A stretch of DNA of 64,000 bases, taken from assembly GCF_009914755.1 (NCBI RefSeq), contig NC_060925.1; one strand, written 5' to 3'. The notes beneath the pieces were generated by a model. It was not told where the DNA came from and made no database searches. It saw nothing but the letters and a program-made list of their open reading frames with translations. This DNA is from the human T2T-CHM13v2.0 reference genome, Homo sapiens. A program made the position numbers and the translations under genes. Shown in pieces: positions 1 to 15,769 of this stretch (position 1 is the stretch's first letter; every line of letters starts with the position of its first letter).

Positions 1-170
1 GGACTGCAAGTGCATGCCACCATGCCCAGCAAATTTATTTATTAATTTTTTGTAGAGACAGAGTCTTACTGTGTTGCTAGTGCTGGTCTCAAATTGCTGG
101 GCTCAAGCAATCCTCCTGCCTCAGCCTCCCAAAATGCTGTGATTACAGGCATAAGCCACCATGCCTGGCC
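1..170 (-). mobile_element. Alu (AluJ-like), cut by window edge
   Basis: Antisense Alu left arm and part of right arm, ending ...gccaccatgcctggcc; J-type 'ctgggctcaagcaatcctcc'. Confidence 0.95.
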
Positions 171-1491
171 TCCTTTTTTCATTGTATTTACATTTGCACT
201 GATGAAATAAAAGTCATAATGGGTAAAACTGCTTGCACCTCAGCAAGAGTGAAGCAATACCACCAAACTGTACTAGTAGTGATTGTACCTTTTACCACCA
301 TACGTTCTTAAAAACAAACAAATAGTATGCCACTTTCATTTATGAGTTTTCTTGATGAAATACTGAAGTGTTTAAATTTTATTAAATCTCAACCCTTGAA
401 TACACATTTAAAAAACATTCTGGAGGAAAATGGGAAGTATGCATGTAGTATTTCTGCTACATACCAGAATACTATAGTTATCTTGAGGAAAAGCATTTGT
501 GCAGTTGTTTGAGTTGCTAGCTAAACTAGCTGCTTATATCATGGAATACCACTTTTACTTAAAAGATGATTGACAGAAAAATTATTGTTATTCTGACTTG
601 GATAACTGGTAGACATTTTCTCAAAAAAAAAAAAAAAAAAAAAAAAACTGAAAGTATTTGTTGCCAGTAATGAAGTTTGAACTTACAAGTGAAGATTGGA
701 ATTTTAGAAATCTTATATCTTCCACCTTGAACTTGACAGAATCTCAGTGCTTAAATACTTTTCTGATGAGATCAATGTTGATATTAATGAACATGATTTT
801 TTAAACTTTGTGTAATACAATGTGTCAACATTTGAGAGATCTCCATAGCTCAGTCAACTTCTATTTTTCAAATGATCAGTACACAATGTTACAAAATCAT
901 AAATGGGAAAAAGATCCATTCTAAGTGCATGTGTGCCAGTGGATTTTAGTGTAATAGAGTAGAAACGTTCATTCATACAATTTCAGATTCCACATTGCCA
1001 CTAAGCTTTTAGAAACTCCCACATATCAAATGTTGGTATAATATCAAAGAAAAATATACACAACTATCTGAAAAAGCTATTAACATACTCCTCCTTTTTC
1101 CAATTATATAACTGCGCAAGATCAAATTTTCTTCATATTACTTCAACCAAAAGAATACATCCCAGCAGACTGAATGATGAGAGAGATACTGATGAGAATT
1201 GAGTTGTTTTCTATTAGGCTAGACATTAAAGAAAGTTGCAAAACTGTAAACCAATGCTACTCTTCTCACTAACTGCTCTGGACAAATCTACTCATTTCTC
1301 AGAAAAATATGTGATTTATGTTGTCATGTAATAAAGTTGTTATTTTAAGTGGATTAACAAAATTTTTAAAATTTCTGTTTTAATTCTTATTAAGGAAATA
1401 TTGATGGGATATAACTCATATAAACAAAATCCCTCTGTCTTTTTGATAGAAAAAGAGTCCTGAGAAATAGTCAAAATATTTGAGAACTTTG
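171..1491 (+). mobile_element. hAT-Charlie DNA transposon fossil (Charlie1-like), decayed transposase and 3' end
   Basis: ORF 327-512 keeps a hAT transposase-like segment (LNFIKSQPLNTHL..ILEENG); 3' end resembles the Charlie1 terminus (aagagtcctgaga...tttgagaac); many stops. Confidence 0.85.
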
Positions 1492-1494
1492 AAA

Positions 1495-1630
1495 TGAGGT
1501 ATTCAAGGGAGGCCTTTCTGGGGAGTGTTGAGACCCAGAGGAAGAGCATTGCACAAAAGGAAACGTGAGAACAAATGTCTAAAGATGGGAAAAAGCTTGA
1601 GACATTCAAGGGAGAGAAAGGATAGCCACG
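1495..1630 (-). mobile_element. L2 fragment
   Basis: ggaggcctttctgggga...gaggaagagcatt...aaagcttgagacattcaagg, typical of antisense L2. Confidence 0.55.
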
Positions 1631-1639
1631 TAGGTTCAC

Positions 1640-2100
1640 AGAGATTATTGGTTTAAATGAAAAAATGTGCATGAAACTCCTTGGCATTGTACCTCGCACA
1701 TAGTATATGTGAACTAAGTAGAATCAGATGCTGGGAGGGCTGCATGGTGAGTGGCTGGGGCTTTGCGGTGGGTCCACATACCTTATGTGCTCATGGACAT
1801 CTCTTCTAGGTCATTGGGTAGCTGCATCTTGCATTCTTTGTTTTTTCCTTCTGGTCCTTGGACTATATGTCGAAAGATCCACCTTTCAATCCTGGTGCTA
1901 CAGAGTTTAACTCTGGACCAGAGAGTTGACCCCACAGGATCTCAGTTCTCTCTTCTGTAAAATGGTGATAATAATCCATGCTTCCTTCCTAGGATTTCAT
2001 GATGGTCACATGAGAAGGCATAACAATAATTCAGAAAATGTAGAGACCAAGTACTCAACACTATGCTTGCACTGCCTAAAGGCTCAATAAGTGTTTAAGT
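1640..2100 (+). mobile_element. MIR fragments (about 1640-1715 and 1930-2100)
   Basis: MIR core 'ctcagtt..tcttctgtaaaatgg..ataataa' and tail-like 'gctcaataa'. Confidence 0.6.
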
Positions 2101-2126
2101 AAACTGTGTTTGAACAACACACACTA

Positions 2127-2457
2127 CAGTCATCCCTCAGTATCTGTGGGGGATTGGTTCCAGGACTTCCTGCAAATACCAAAATTTATGCATGTTCAAT
2201 TCCTTTATGTAAAATAGAGTGGTATTTGCATATAACCTATTCACATCCTCCTGTATACTTTAAATCATCTCTAGTTACTTATAACATCTAATATAATGTA
2301 AATGCTATATAAATAGATGTTATACTGTGTTGTTTAGAGAGTAATGACATGACAGAAACGTCTGTACCTGCTCAGTACGCATTTTTTCCCGAATATTTTT
2401 GATCTGTAATTGGTTGAATTCATGGATGTGCAACCCACAGATACAAGGGGCTACCTG
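2127..2457. mobile_element. MER2 (Tigger-derived MITE), full length
   Basis: Termini cagtcatccctcagtatc ... gatacaagggggctacctg; TA target duplications at 2125-2126 and 2458-2459. Confidence 0.92.
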
Positions 2458-3199
2458 TACTTTGTTCCGCTGAATGAATGTATTTGAAAATACAATCTCA
2501 TGAATCAAACGCCACGCCTGACCCTCCACAGCACAATATCTGGGGAAGCGTTCTTCCTTTGGCTCATTGAGTGTCTGCAGGCTTCATGACAGCTTTCTGG
2601 AGCCCACAAACATGTAGACATGTAGTCAGGAATAAAGTTACTGCCCTCAAATCTTATGATTTGACTTCTAAGAAATTACATAACAAGATAGCGTTACAAT
2701 TACTTACTGTGGTTGTATGCTACTTACCAATATATTCTTTTACGTCACTGCAGTGGAAATGTAAGTCAGCCAGGTAAACTCTATTGATTCCTTTCAAAAA
2801 ACATGTATGGATTGCCTACTATGTACTAGGCATTGCTTTTCTGGCCTCTTTGTAGAAGCTATTTTGGAGGAGTTGAAAATTGCTCTCTGCGTTGAGATTA
2901 GGGGGGCATTTTTGTATTTATACCCTTCCTATAATCTCTGGCTTTATTCATAGTCTTTTCAGGGTTATTCCTAAGGACCGCCATGCTTAGGAGTGAGCTT
3001 AGAACATCTCAACCTTTGGTGCTGCTTGAGGGAAGAGGCATTTTGCTAAAAGCCAAGATCAGTTAGTGAAAAAGAATTCAGTCTACCAGGCAGGAGACTC
3101 ATGGGCCTCTCAAGTATATACTCTCTCGTGCCACATGACAGGGAACAGATGTCACAGAAGAGACTGGAGGTGATGGTGCTGTTTTTTACTGTTGTTTGT

Positions 3200-4050
3200 T
3201 TACAACAGTTTCTATTTTAAGGAGTCTTATTTTATATTTTACAAAAATATTTCATCACCTATTTAACTCTAAATTTTACTTAATTTTTCATTGTAATTAT
3301 TTTACAGGTTGCTTCCCTCTTTCTAGGAATTTTGTTTCAATTTAATTTTTGTTTTGTTAGAGTACTTCCTTGAGTGAGTTTTACAGAAAGAGAATAAAGT
3401 GGAATACATTTAGAATCCCTGCAGAACAAAAATATTTTTAGTTTGCCCTCACATATGAAAAATTTGTGGTCAGGTATAGAAATCTTGGATCAGACAATCT
3501 TTTTTCCTACAAAGTCTGAAGACATGGCTTATGGGTGTTAGGGTTGAGTAGAGGATAGTGCCAAATGATTTCCTTTGCTTTAAAAGGGGAATGCCCTCTT
3601 GTCTGAGAGCTGCAAGATATTTACTCTAGAGGAAAAATTGTCCCAGACCTGGTCTGGGGAAAACTTTTCTCATGATGTATGTCTCCATTTCCTTCTGGGA
3701 AGATACTAAAATTTCTGATAAAATGCTTAAGCAATTTTAAAATAGACTTTAATGAGCTTAGAGAGCCTACCTTTGAGAAATTAGCATTCTACCCGCTCAA
3801 TTGACTGTCAGCCAAGAATTTAATGATCTTGAACCAGGTCTTCTTTTCCAAAAACCTCTCTTTGCCCCTACAAGTGTGTCTACCAAGAGAGAAATCCTCT
3901 CAATTGGTCTGTTTCTGGACTCTTCTTTTGAATCAAATTTGAAAGGAAATTTTGACAAGTGCTCATGACTCAATTTCCTGAAAAGTTTTGTTTTTTCTTT
4001 TTAATCATCATTTTTGGAGTTCAGAAATTTCCCTGGGACATGTCAGAGTG
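3200..4050 (-). mobile_element. Old L1M/HAL1 ORF1-region remnant
   Basis: Antisense motifs 'tttgccctcaca...ggtatagaaatcttggat...tgaagacat'; T-rich. Confidence 0.55.
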
Positions 4051-4120
4051 TGAAGGATGACATTGCTGTTGATGAATCGCAGATAAGGAAGGCATAAGAA
4101 AGCCATTGATTTGTTCCAGA

Positions 4121-4426
<306 letters not shown>

Positions 4427-4609
4427 TGTTCCAGGATGTTTAACCTGTAAATAAAGAGGATGCCATGAGGTTGTGGAGGGGAGGTCTTCAGTGGCGGGCA
4501 GAGACAAAAGCAGAAACATGCTCATATCATACTGAACACCCTAGCAGCTGCTTGTCAAAACTCTGTACTTGAAAAGTCAATTTTAAGAGCTGATTTGAAC
4601 CATGTTTTT

Positions 4610-4750
4610 ACCTCCTCCAGAGGTCCTGAACTTGAGCCCCACAGCAGACCAGCTGAATAAAAATTTCTTGGGCTGGGGTTCAAGTATCATGGCTATTATT
4701 TTTCAATCTCCTCAGGTGATTCTAAGGGCAACCAGGTTGAGAAACACTAG
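4610..4750. mobile_element. MER5A-like hAT MITE
   Basis: caggtgattct...caggttgagaaacactag terminus. Confidence 0.65.
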
Positions 4751-4983
4751 TATAACTATTTTGCTGCTGCACTGGACCCCCTCCATTATTATTTTCACAC
4801 ACAATCCCCAACTGCTCCTGCCTTTGTTCAATTTCCCCTCTACCTGGTTGCTATAAAGTATCTCCACTCACTTAGATGTATTTTTACCCAATTTAGTCAT
4901 CAATTCAATAACTATTTGTAGAACTTCTTTTTATGCCAGAATCATGCTGCATGATGGAGGGCCTCTTTAGAGGAGCCCAGATA

Positions 4984-5039
4984 GCATGACTAAGCATTCT
5001 TCTTCCTTCCTGCATGACTAAGCATTCTCTTTCCTTCCT
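4984..5039. repeat. 28-bp tandem duplication
   Basis: gcatgactaagcattcttcttccttcct followed by gcatgactaagcattctctttccttcct. Confidence 0.9.
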
Positions 5040-5829
5040 TATTTGGATCCCAAAGGCGCTGTTCCCAGACCCTCACTGCCATTGCTACCTGGGACATAGA
5101 ATGCCTTGCTTGTCCCTGGGTTCTTAAGGATAATGTTTCCCTGTTCTTATTCCCCAGTTACTTGTACTCATGATTTATTGACCGTATCCCTACTACTGAA
5201 AGCAGTAGATAGGTAAGGGCAGCAGCCTCCCCAAACAGTTATTTATTGGGGCAAACCTATTCTGAGCTGAAACAGTCTTTCGTCATTGTGGCATGCAATA
5301 CCAGAGACTCAGAATGAGCAGAACATCCATGTGAATGCAGAAGGGAAAAAAAATGGCTTGGAGATGGACTCTCAGAGGCTCTTGACCCCTATAACACTCC
5401 TTTCTCCAATCATTCCAGTGTTTACTCTGTCCTTTTCTCATGAATAAGGCTTCGGGGCCCTTTCTCCTTATCTTCTTTGGGTAGACAGAGCCAGGAGGCA
5501 CAACAGAGTGACTGTATTTGGCTGAGTATAAAAGGGAACATACGATTTTGTGGTCAATTTATTTTCACCTCATTCATTCTCAGGGGTACATGGTTTTCAC
5601 CTCCTTGATTTTCTGTGTTCATTGACTTGAAGCCTGCTGTTTATGGGAGGTTACTTCACATCTTCTCAAGCCATCTTTTTCTTTGTTTGTTTGTTTTTCG
5701 TTTTTCTGCCTTGGCAACTCTCTGCTTTCAGCTTGAACTAGTTTGAAGTAATCTCAGTGGTTTACCTACTTAATAATGATACTTGTCTTTTTCATAGAAG
5801 TATTATTATATGATATAATCTTTTTATTA

Positions 5830-5960
5830 TAAATGTTAGAGTTTGGAGGGATCTTACAGGTTACTCTAGTCCAGCTCCTTCATTCAGTATGAGGGCACTG
5901 AAAACCAGGAGGTTAAAGGATTTGCCCAAGGTCACACAGCTGGAAAAGCAGAAGAGCTAG
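5830..5960 (-). mobile_element. MIR
   Basis: aggttaa..gatttgcccaaggtcacacagct. Confidence 0.75.
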
Positions 5961-5962
5961 AC

Positions 5963-6045
5963 TGGGAAGGGAGGGAAGGAGGGAGGGAGATAGAAGAAAG
6001 GAATGAAGAGAGGGAGGGACAGAGAGAGGGATGGAGGGAGAAGGA
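5963..6045. repeat. GA-rich low-complexity tract
   Basis: gggaagggagggaaggagggaggg... Confidence 0.8.
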
Positions 6046-6064
6046 TTTTACTCCAGATACAACA

Positions 6065-6635
6065 GTTGGATGCTTTTGGCTGCAAGTAACATTTGACTCA
6101 AACTGGCTTAAATAATCTGTGTATTTATCATCTCGCATATCAAGAAGTTCCGAGGCAGGGCAGGCTCCAGGTGTAGATGATTAGGGCTCTGGCTCTGCTG
6201 CTCGATGATTCCTTACCTAACCTGTCTCCATGTGTCAGCTGTGTTCTCAGAATGGCTTCCCCCATGGTACCCAGATGACTACCAACAGCAATGGGGGAAT
6301 GTACTCCTCTGTTTACATCCAGATGGAGAGAGTGAGAGAAAGCATGGATCAGGGGTCCTGTCCTTCAGGCCGATTGGTCAACTCGGTTCATACTCGTGTG
6401 CCTGTCCCTAGGCTAACACAGTTGGTAAGGAAGGCCATAAGCTTGTGTCTGCATTCCCCAGCTCATCTCTGGCAGGGAGAACGTGCTCACTATGATTCAT
6501 TTAGATCCATCAGCACCTCGCTCTGGAGATGGGTTGGAGTCCATTTCCCATGTGTCACTTGAGTTTCACGGGGGAGAGGTTGGTCAGGATTCCCTTCACA
6601 GAAAAGAAGAGAGGAGTGGATGGGTCAGGCGGGCA
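6065..6635 (-). mobile_element. MaLR solo LTR (MLT1J/K-like)
   Basis: ttttggctgcaagtaaca...ctcaaactggcttaa...tatttatcatctc, characteristic antisense MLT1J/K end. Confidence 0.7.
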
Positions 6636-6642
6636 GCCAAAG

Positions 6643-6843
6643 GTATCCCCCACACGAGGAACCAGCAGGCAGTATCGCCCAGGTGAAGCACACGGCACAG
6701 AGCCCGTATGTATCCCCCACACGAGAAACCAGCAGGCAGTATCTCCCAGGTGAAGCACACGGCACGGAGCCCGTATGTATCCCCCACACGAGAAGCCAGT
6801 AGGCAGTATCTCCCAGGTGAAGCACACGGCACAGAGGCCATAT
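6643..6843. repeat. Minisatellite, 3 copies of a 67-bp unit
   Basis: gtatcccccacacgag...gtgaagcacacggcac starts at 6643, 6710 and 6777. Confidence 0.95.
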
Positions 6844-7232
6844 GCAGCAGATGGTAAATGACCAGCCCTTGGGGCCATTCTTATTATTTGTTAAGCCCTG
6901 CTGACATGTGGGACTAACTATACCTTTTAAACTTTACCTGTGTTGGAGAGGGAGGGGATGAAGTGGGAAGGGGACCAGCCATGCCTCCTCTTGCCTATGG
7001 AAACTTTATCCTATAATGAGAGTGGCCAGCAGGAAAGAAAATAAGGAGGGCACCCCATCTGATCTGTAGAAGACGTACCTGTGCCAGGGTCAGGGTGGAA
7101 GCAGGTGTGTATCTTAGGGCATGAGCTGTGTGGGAACTCTAGCCTGAGTAGGAATCCTTACTGCCTCAACGGGATTTTTGAGCTAGCATGAAAGAGAAGG
7201 AAGTTTATGAGCTTCACCTGAAAATCCTTTCT

Positions 7233-7646
<414 letters not shown>

Positions 7647-10539
7647 TGACTTTAGGTCATCCCTAGAACTTTTTACTATTCTGAACGCTACTCATCTCAA
7701 TGTATTTTCCTGGCCTTCTATGGCTGCTCCATTGGGTATGTTTGATGCGGGGAGTGCTTTGAGGTTTGTGAAAAGCGTTTTTGAGAAACTTGCTGTTAGA
7801 TAACATCCCCGGGTCTCAGTGATCCTTTTTTAAGCACCACCATCATCTACATTAATCATCCTGTTTATGATGCATAGACAAAGGATGTGGAACTGTTTCT
7901 GTAGGGCTTGGGGAGAGGGCTGTTTCTAGGAGCTGTTTCTTCCAGTCTGGAGAGGCAGCTTCAGTCTGAGTTGTGGGGGCGGCGTGGCAAAGCTTCTGGC
8001 TCCTGAATTACAATAAGGATTTGAATCAAGAGAGCCCACAAAGATTCTGCCCATAAAGCTGTTTCACTCTCATTTTCTTTTTTTGGAAGTGAGGTCCCAA
8101 GTATTAATGTTTTCCCCCACAGAATGCAATGATGTATGTAGAGTGCAAAAAGAGGGGAAACTCAGAAATTATTCCATAGCTCTATTTTTTTTCCCTGAAT
8201 AACTTGAGTTCTCAGAAGCTTTGGGAGCATGTGCTGATACGTTCTGAGTCTGAGTGATCCTGTCTTATGAGGCTGAGGTGTTCTGCCATTTTCTCAGGCT
8301 TGCCAGCAGCGCCTGATGGCCTCCGACACCGCGGTCTTCAGTCCCCCTTGCTGACTGTTCTGACACCCTCGCTGGCTGGCTCCGTCTGGCCCCAGGTCCT
8401 AGAATCAATCCTGATGATAGAAAGATGTCTGCAATCTCAGCCCGATTCCCCATCCAGTAGCTCTGAGAATTCAATCAAATACCCCTGCAGATTCAGAATG
8501 CCACGCTGTGCCACGTCTGCTAACTTTCTATGCCTGCCAATGTCCTTTGCTGCCAACCAGCTCCAAGGGTAAGCCCTGATCTCCTGTATGCCCCTTGAAT
8601 TTCTGCATCCCACTGTGCCCTGTGATGCCGCATCCGTCGATGGCTGCCTGCCTTGTTCTAGCACCCCTACCTCTAATAGCCTCTATTAAGCAGAGTCCTG
8701 ACCTGAGCCCCAGCCTCCCGGGTGGATTTCTTGCATGGTACATGGCTCTCGCTAGCCTTCCTCCCTGGAGCTGATCCATGGCCTGTGCCCCGGCCCCCAA
8801 CACTGGGTCAGCAGTCTCAGCCTCTGCCTGGCCTCTGGTTCCTGAGGGGATGGCGACTGCCTGGGTTTGTCACCATATTGAATAAAACATATTGATGGCT
8901 GGCTGCATCATACCTGAAGGGCTAGGCCCTTTGACATAGTATGTTGGACCAATGGTTAGAATATGAGGGCTGTAGATGCCTGGACAGTGCAGGGGCATTG
9001 CAAAGAATTTAGGCATCTACATATCCACCAAGATTTATATGTGGAATGTCTTATAGAAATATCTTCATTATGCTTTGAAAATGTGTACAGATGCTTCTGT
9101 ATCTAATGAGATAGAGATCCATTTAAAAGCATTACTGAATTCATAGCATCTTTTTGTCACTGTATATCTTCTCAATCAATCAATGGATGCCAAAATCCAA
9201 GTACAACACAGCACAGTGTTGTCATCTGAGCAAGGCCTCTTTTGCAGTCGTTGTCTGCACTGCCCAGCACTCACGGATCTGCCGGCTCCCTTGGGTTGCA
9301 GCACTCTGTCTGCAGTGGCAAAACTCCTAAGAAACAGTTCATTCTGCCCAGTGTGACCCTTTGCTGGAAGTTTTTCCTGCCAGCTACAATAGGCAGGGGT
9401 GTGAGAGTTCACCTCCTCTGAACTGTCTCTATTGCTCTCTCAAGGCAAATGGACTGCAGAGTTGCACTGGCCTCAGAGCCACTAACCATGTCATGACTGC
9501 CTCATGGGGAAAGTTCCAAGGGGAACAGTCTGTGGTTCCAAGCCATGTTTTGATTCAAGTCTCTGAGGATGTCCATACCCTTAATGGCTAATAGAGGAGT
9601 GGGGTCCTCGAGCTTCCCAAGACATATGAGGACCCTACTTTTTTCCCATTAATCTTAGACGCAAGCTCTAGCTTCTGAGATATCTGAGCCAGCATTCACG
9701 TAAACACCCCATTCTGTAGGAATGAACAGAAGGAAAAGGCAGCCGGAACAAATAACTTCCAAGTTAATATTTTGCCAAGACTAACCCAGACTGGACCAGA
9801 CTGTAAATTCCTGATGGAAGAAGCTGGGATTCCCCTCCTCCACCCCATCCCCCTAGGCCCCGCCTATACTCCATTCTCCGTGTCCTCAGGTATAAGTCGG
9901 AGATACAGCATTCCAAGGGAGAGCCCCTGAGCTCAGGGCTGAGTGAAACCTGGCCTTGAACCCAGTATAACCTTCTAGTGGCCCTCTGAACCTCTGAGGC
10001 TATGACAGAGGAAGAGGGGCCCAGAACCCTAACAGAGGAGGGAGTGGGGCACAGGGCCGAGTCCGTTTCCTTGCCTCCGTTTCAGAAGAGCTGTCCTTGG
10101 TGTTGAAGCAAACCTCGGCTGCTTGTCTCCTCTGCAGGGGAGAGTTATGTAAATAACGCCTGCGTCTCTGGGAACTCCACTGTCTCAGGTAGTGGAGGGA
10201 GCCCTCGGTGGAACTTGGTGAGACCATTCAGTCGGAACGCTGTGCATCTGCCCTGGCCTGCCCTTGCTGAGTCAGTACGCAGGCCAGCTTGTTGGGGAAG
10301 GTGTGTGTAGGAGAGAAAACAGAGGCCTTGGAGATGCCACACTAACACCAGGAACCTCGCAAAGAAAAACTCCTGAACTCGGAAAGAGACTCTGATAATA
10401 GCTAAGTTCCCTTGTTTCTGACTATTTAGGGAGAGCGCTGTTACGAGCCTGGGACAAATGTGCTACGCCTCTGTTGTCTGGATTATGAAAAAAGCCAGGA
10501 CAAGTGAAATGATCTGGCCTGTTGTCATGGCAATAGCAG

Positions 10540-11250
<711 letters not shown>

Positions 11251-11416
11251 TCTCTGAGATGATGTCATAAGAGCTGCTTCCCTAATACCACCCAGTGGAA
11301 GGAGAGATGCCCAGATGAAGATGGACTCATCGAGTAACTGACGGTAACTAGTAATCTGAAGTTTAATCCAAATTATCATTTCAAAGGGAGGTACAAATGC
11401 TCAGGAATCTGTCTCA

Positions 11417-11784
<368 letters not shown>

Positions 11785-13104
11785 CCTTTCAGTAGTTCTG
11801 TGATTTTTACTACCAAATGGAATTGTATTTTGTATCATGACATGTGCCTTTAAAAACAGGAGAGAAATGCAGATTCTCCATGGCAAAAAAACAAAAAACT
11901 AGACAAAGGAAGTCTTAGAAAAAACGAAGAGGCAAGCCAAGGCAGACACGAAGCTCTTATCGGCACAACCCCAGATTCCGGTCAAGAAAAGCTCAGCAAG
12001 ATCAGAGAGGAGTTGTAATCTCTGATAAACAGATGGGGAGACACGGAGGGCTGTTGATGGTGGGGCCTGGGAAGAGCCTAAGGGATTGGATTTGGAGAAT
12101 GGAATTTTCTAGGCCAGGTCAGGCTGCCTCACAGTGTGTTAGTCCAAGAAGAGCTTTTATGCGAGACCAGGGATGGATCCTGGCCTGGGGGCCAAAGTTT
12201 ATAGAACGTGTGTCTATGTATGTCTGTCTACACATGTATGAAGAACTTTACACGATAAGAAATGCAACATTGCTGAGCACCCTCCCAGAGCCTCAGAAGA
12301 ATCCTCAAGTGAGGGTCCCTGAATCTTAAACCTCATTTGCTCCATGCTACCTCTAGCTGTGTACCAGACACCTCATCCAAGGCCAAATGACTTCACTTTG
12401 CTTGGCATGGAAAAAAGGCACTAAACTTGGATCACACGTTGAGTCTCTGCTATGATGGTGGAGAGTGTGGGGAGAAAAAAGAACCAGATAGGTTGGAGTT
12501 AAGTATCTCAGAGGCCATGAGGGCAAAACTGGAACACAGCTGCTGCCTGCTGCAGGGACAGGATGACGAGAGGGAAGCAAGCCAGACAGGTGACGAGTCT
12601 GCCTTCCGCGCCTCCGCTGCATGGTAGCAGGAATGCTTTCTCCACTTAGGAACTTCTACTAGCTTCACCTCTAAAAAGAGATTGCATTGTTGTTGGTAAT
12701 TAGCACATGAGAGGTATACCTTAGGCTACCCTTAAACGGGCCCGACCTGCTGAGAAGAGCAACAGTAGAGACAGCCTAAGTCATTTATGAAAGTGGAGAA
12801 ATGCTTGCTTCCAGGGCCCCAGTGCCCCCTAGTGCTCATGCACCCCAACTCCAACCCCTCGTCCTATTCTGCTGGCAATTAAGAGTTTGCCATCAAACCT
12901 GTAATTTTCCAAAATAGATCCCTAAACTTTAACTCCACCCCTCCTGCTGTCCCTATGAAAACATAAGCACACAAATCACATCTCACTGTCTTAGTAATCT
13001 GTGAACTAACTACTTTGATTAAACTCTAATACAATGAATTTATACTCAAATTGGAAAGGCAGGCCTCATATACTGTCTTTTCTGGAAATAGTGTTTTTCT
13101 TTTT

Positions 13105-13290
13105 TCATTGAGCAAAAATTTACTGAGCATTTAGTATGCATCAGATACTGAATTAAGGGGTTACTATGAGAAGGTCCCTGCCTGGAGGAATCTGTCACCC
13201 AGAGGAAAAAGCAGACTCAGTGATCTGTGCAGAGCACAGTCAGGGCATTTGGAAAGAGCGTCCTGGAAAGAAAGCAAGGGTGACTGTTAA
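13105..13290 (-). mobile_element. L2 3' end
   Basis: ttcattgagcaaaaatttactgagcatttagtatgc. Confidence 0.6.
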
Positions 13291-13425
13291 TTGCTGAGAA
13301 ACTTAAATGCTAGTTCCAGCTGGCAGGGGTCTACTCTAGGATAGAGAACCTTAGCATGTGCTCTACATGCTCTCCTGTGGAGAGTCTCCTAGTGCAGCTT
13401 GGCCAATCAATGTGATGGGCACTGA

Positions 13426-13851
<426 letters not shown>

Positions 13852-14993
13852 TAACTGGGCAGAATCTTGCTTGGAACTATTTCACAGGAGCTCAGATGAA
13901 TGGCAGAAAAAAATGGCTGCTCACTTACTCTTTTTAAATTGTTAATTCATTAATTTATTTTTAAAAACTCATTCACTAAAATCATTTATTCTTGAGTCTT
14001 ACTCTGGTAGAGAGCAGTGCACAGTGAGACTGACTTTAGAAAGCCAAAGATAGATTTGGCCAGTCCTGCTGTCCTTTCCATTTGCAATGACTTGTAGATA
14101 TTAGTGGGAGTGACAGAGCCTACCTGCAATTTTAGAGTGGCTATAAATCCATTTGTTCCAGATTCTAGTATCCTGGGGCTGATCCTCACCTGTTTAGCTC
14201 CATGAGAAAGTCATGATTATAAAAGGGACTGTCCAGGCAGGGTTTGGCCCACAGAAAGTGAAATGCTGCAAATTGCTTTAAAAACTTGTTACTGTGGAGA
14301 TCTGAATTGAAGGGTGATAGAGCAATTTGGTGTTGCTGAAAGAGATGATCAAGAAAAAGCATAACATCTATGGTGATTATTTTCAAAGCAGCATGGAGTG
14401 TGTCTTTGCTAATTTAGATCACATATCTGGTCTTAGTATCAATGATCAGTGCTTAGTTATGTGAGGCACCTACTGAATTTCTTGTGATCGATCCTAGGAC
14501 AGTTACAGGTTGCAAATATCTATATAACCTTTGTTTCCTGACTCTATGTGCCATGTTTCTGCAATGGGAATCTTAGATGTTTAAAATGACTGATAGGATA
14601 TGGAGGTGCTAAAAGCATTACTGCCAATTCCTAATCTTTGGGGGCTCAAAGAATTCTTTTTACTTCCGCTTGCATGTCTGCACAGTGATCCCCACAACTG
14701 CCACCCTATCGGGGTTCTGTCTCTGTACGTCTTCATCAGTCCTATTAGCATGTTTTACTCACATGTTAAAAGTTCAAAATAAAATTTAATAATGCTAATA
14801 ACATTTTCAAATTTGTGGATTTTTAAAATTATTTAGAATGCATTTTAAAATTATGGTAAAATACCTCTCTGCTTCACATAACTTTGAAACTGTTTTTTTC
14901 TTAAAATTTGCAGCCTCCAGGATTTGTAAAAAATAAAATTTTTTATGTCTTTTGTGACAAAGAACAAAGGCTAAAAACCTGCAGTTCCCTTCT

Positions 14994-15769
<776 letters not shown>

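Noticed and set aside
327-512. Transposase-like ORF
   Set aside because: Short fragment of a dead Charlie1 element; not a domesticated gene
6643-6843. CRISPR-like repeat array
   Set aside because: Head-to-tail tandem units with no unique spacers, in eukaryotic DNA
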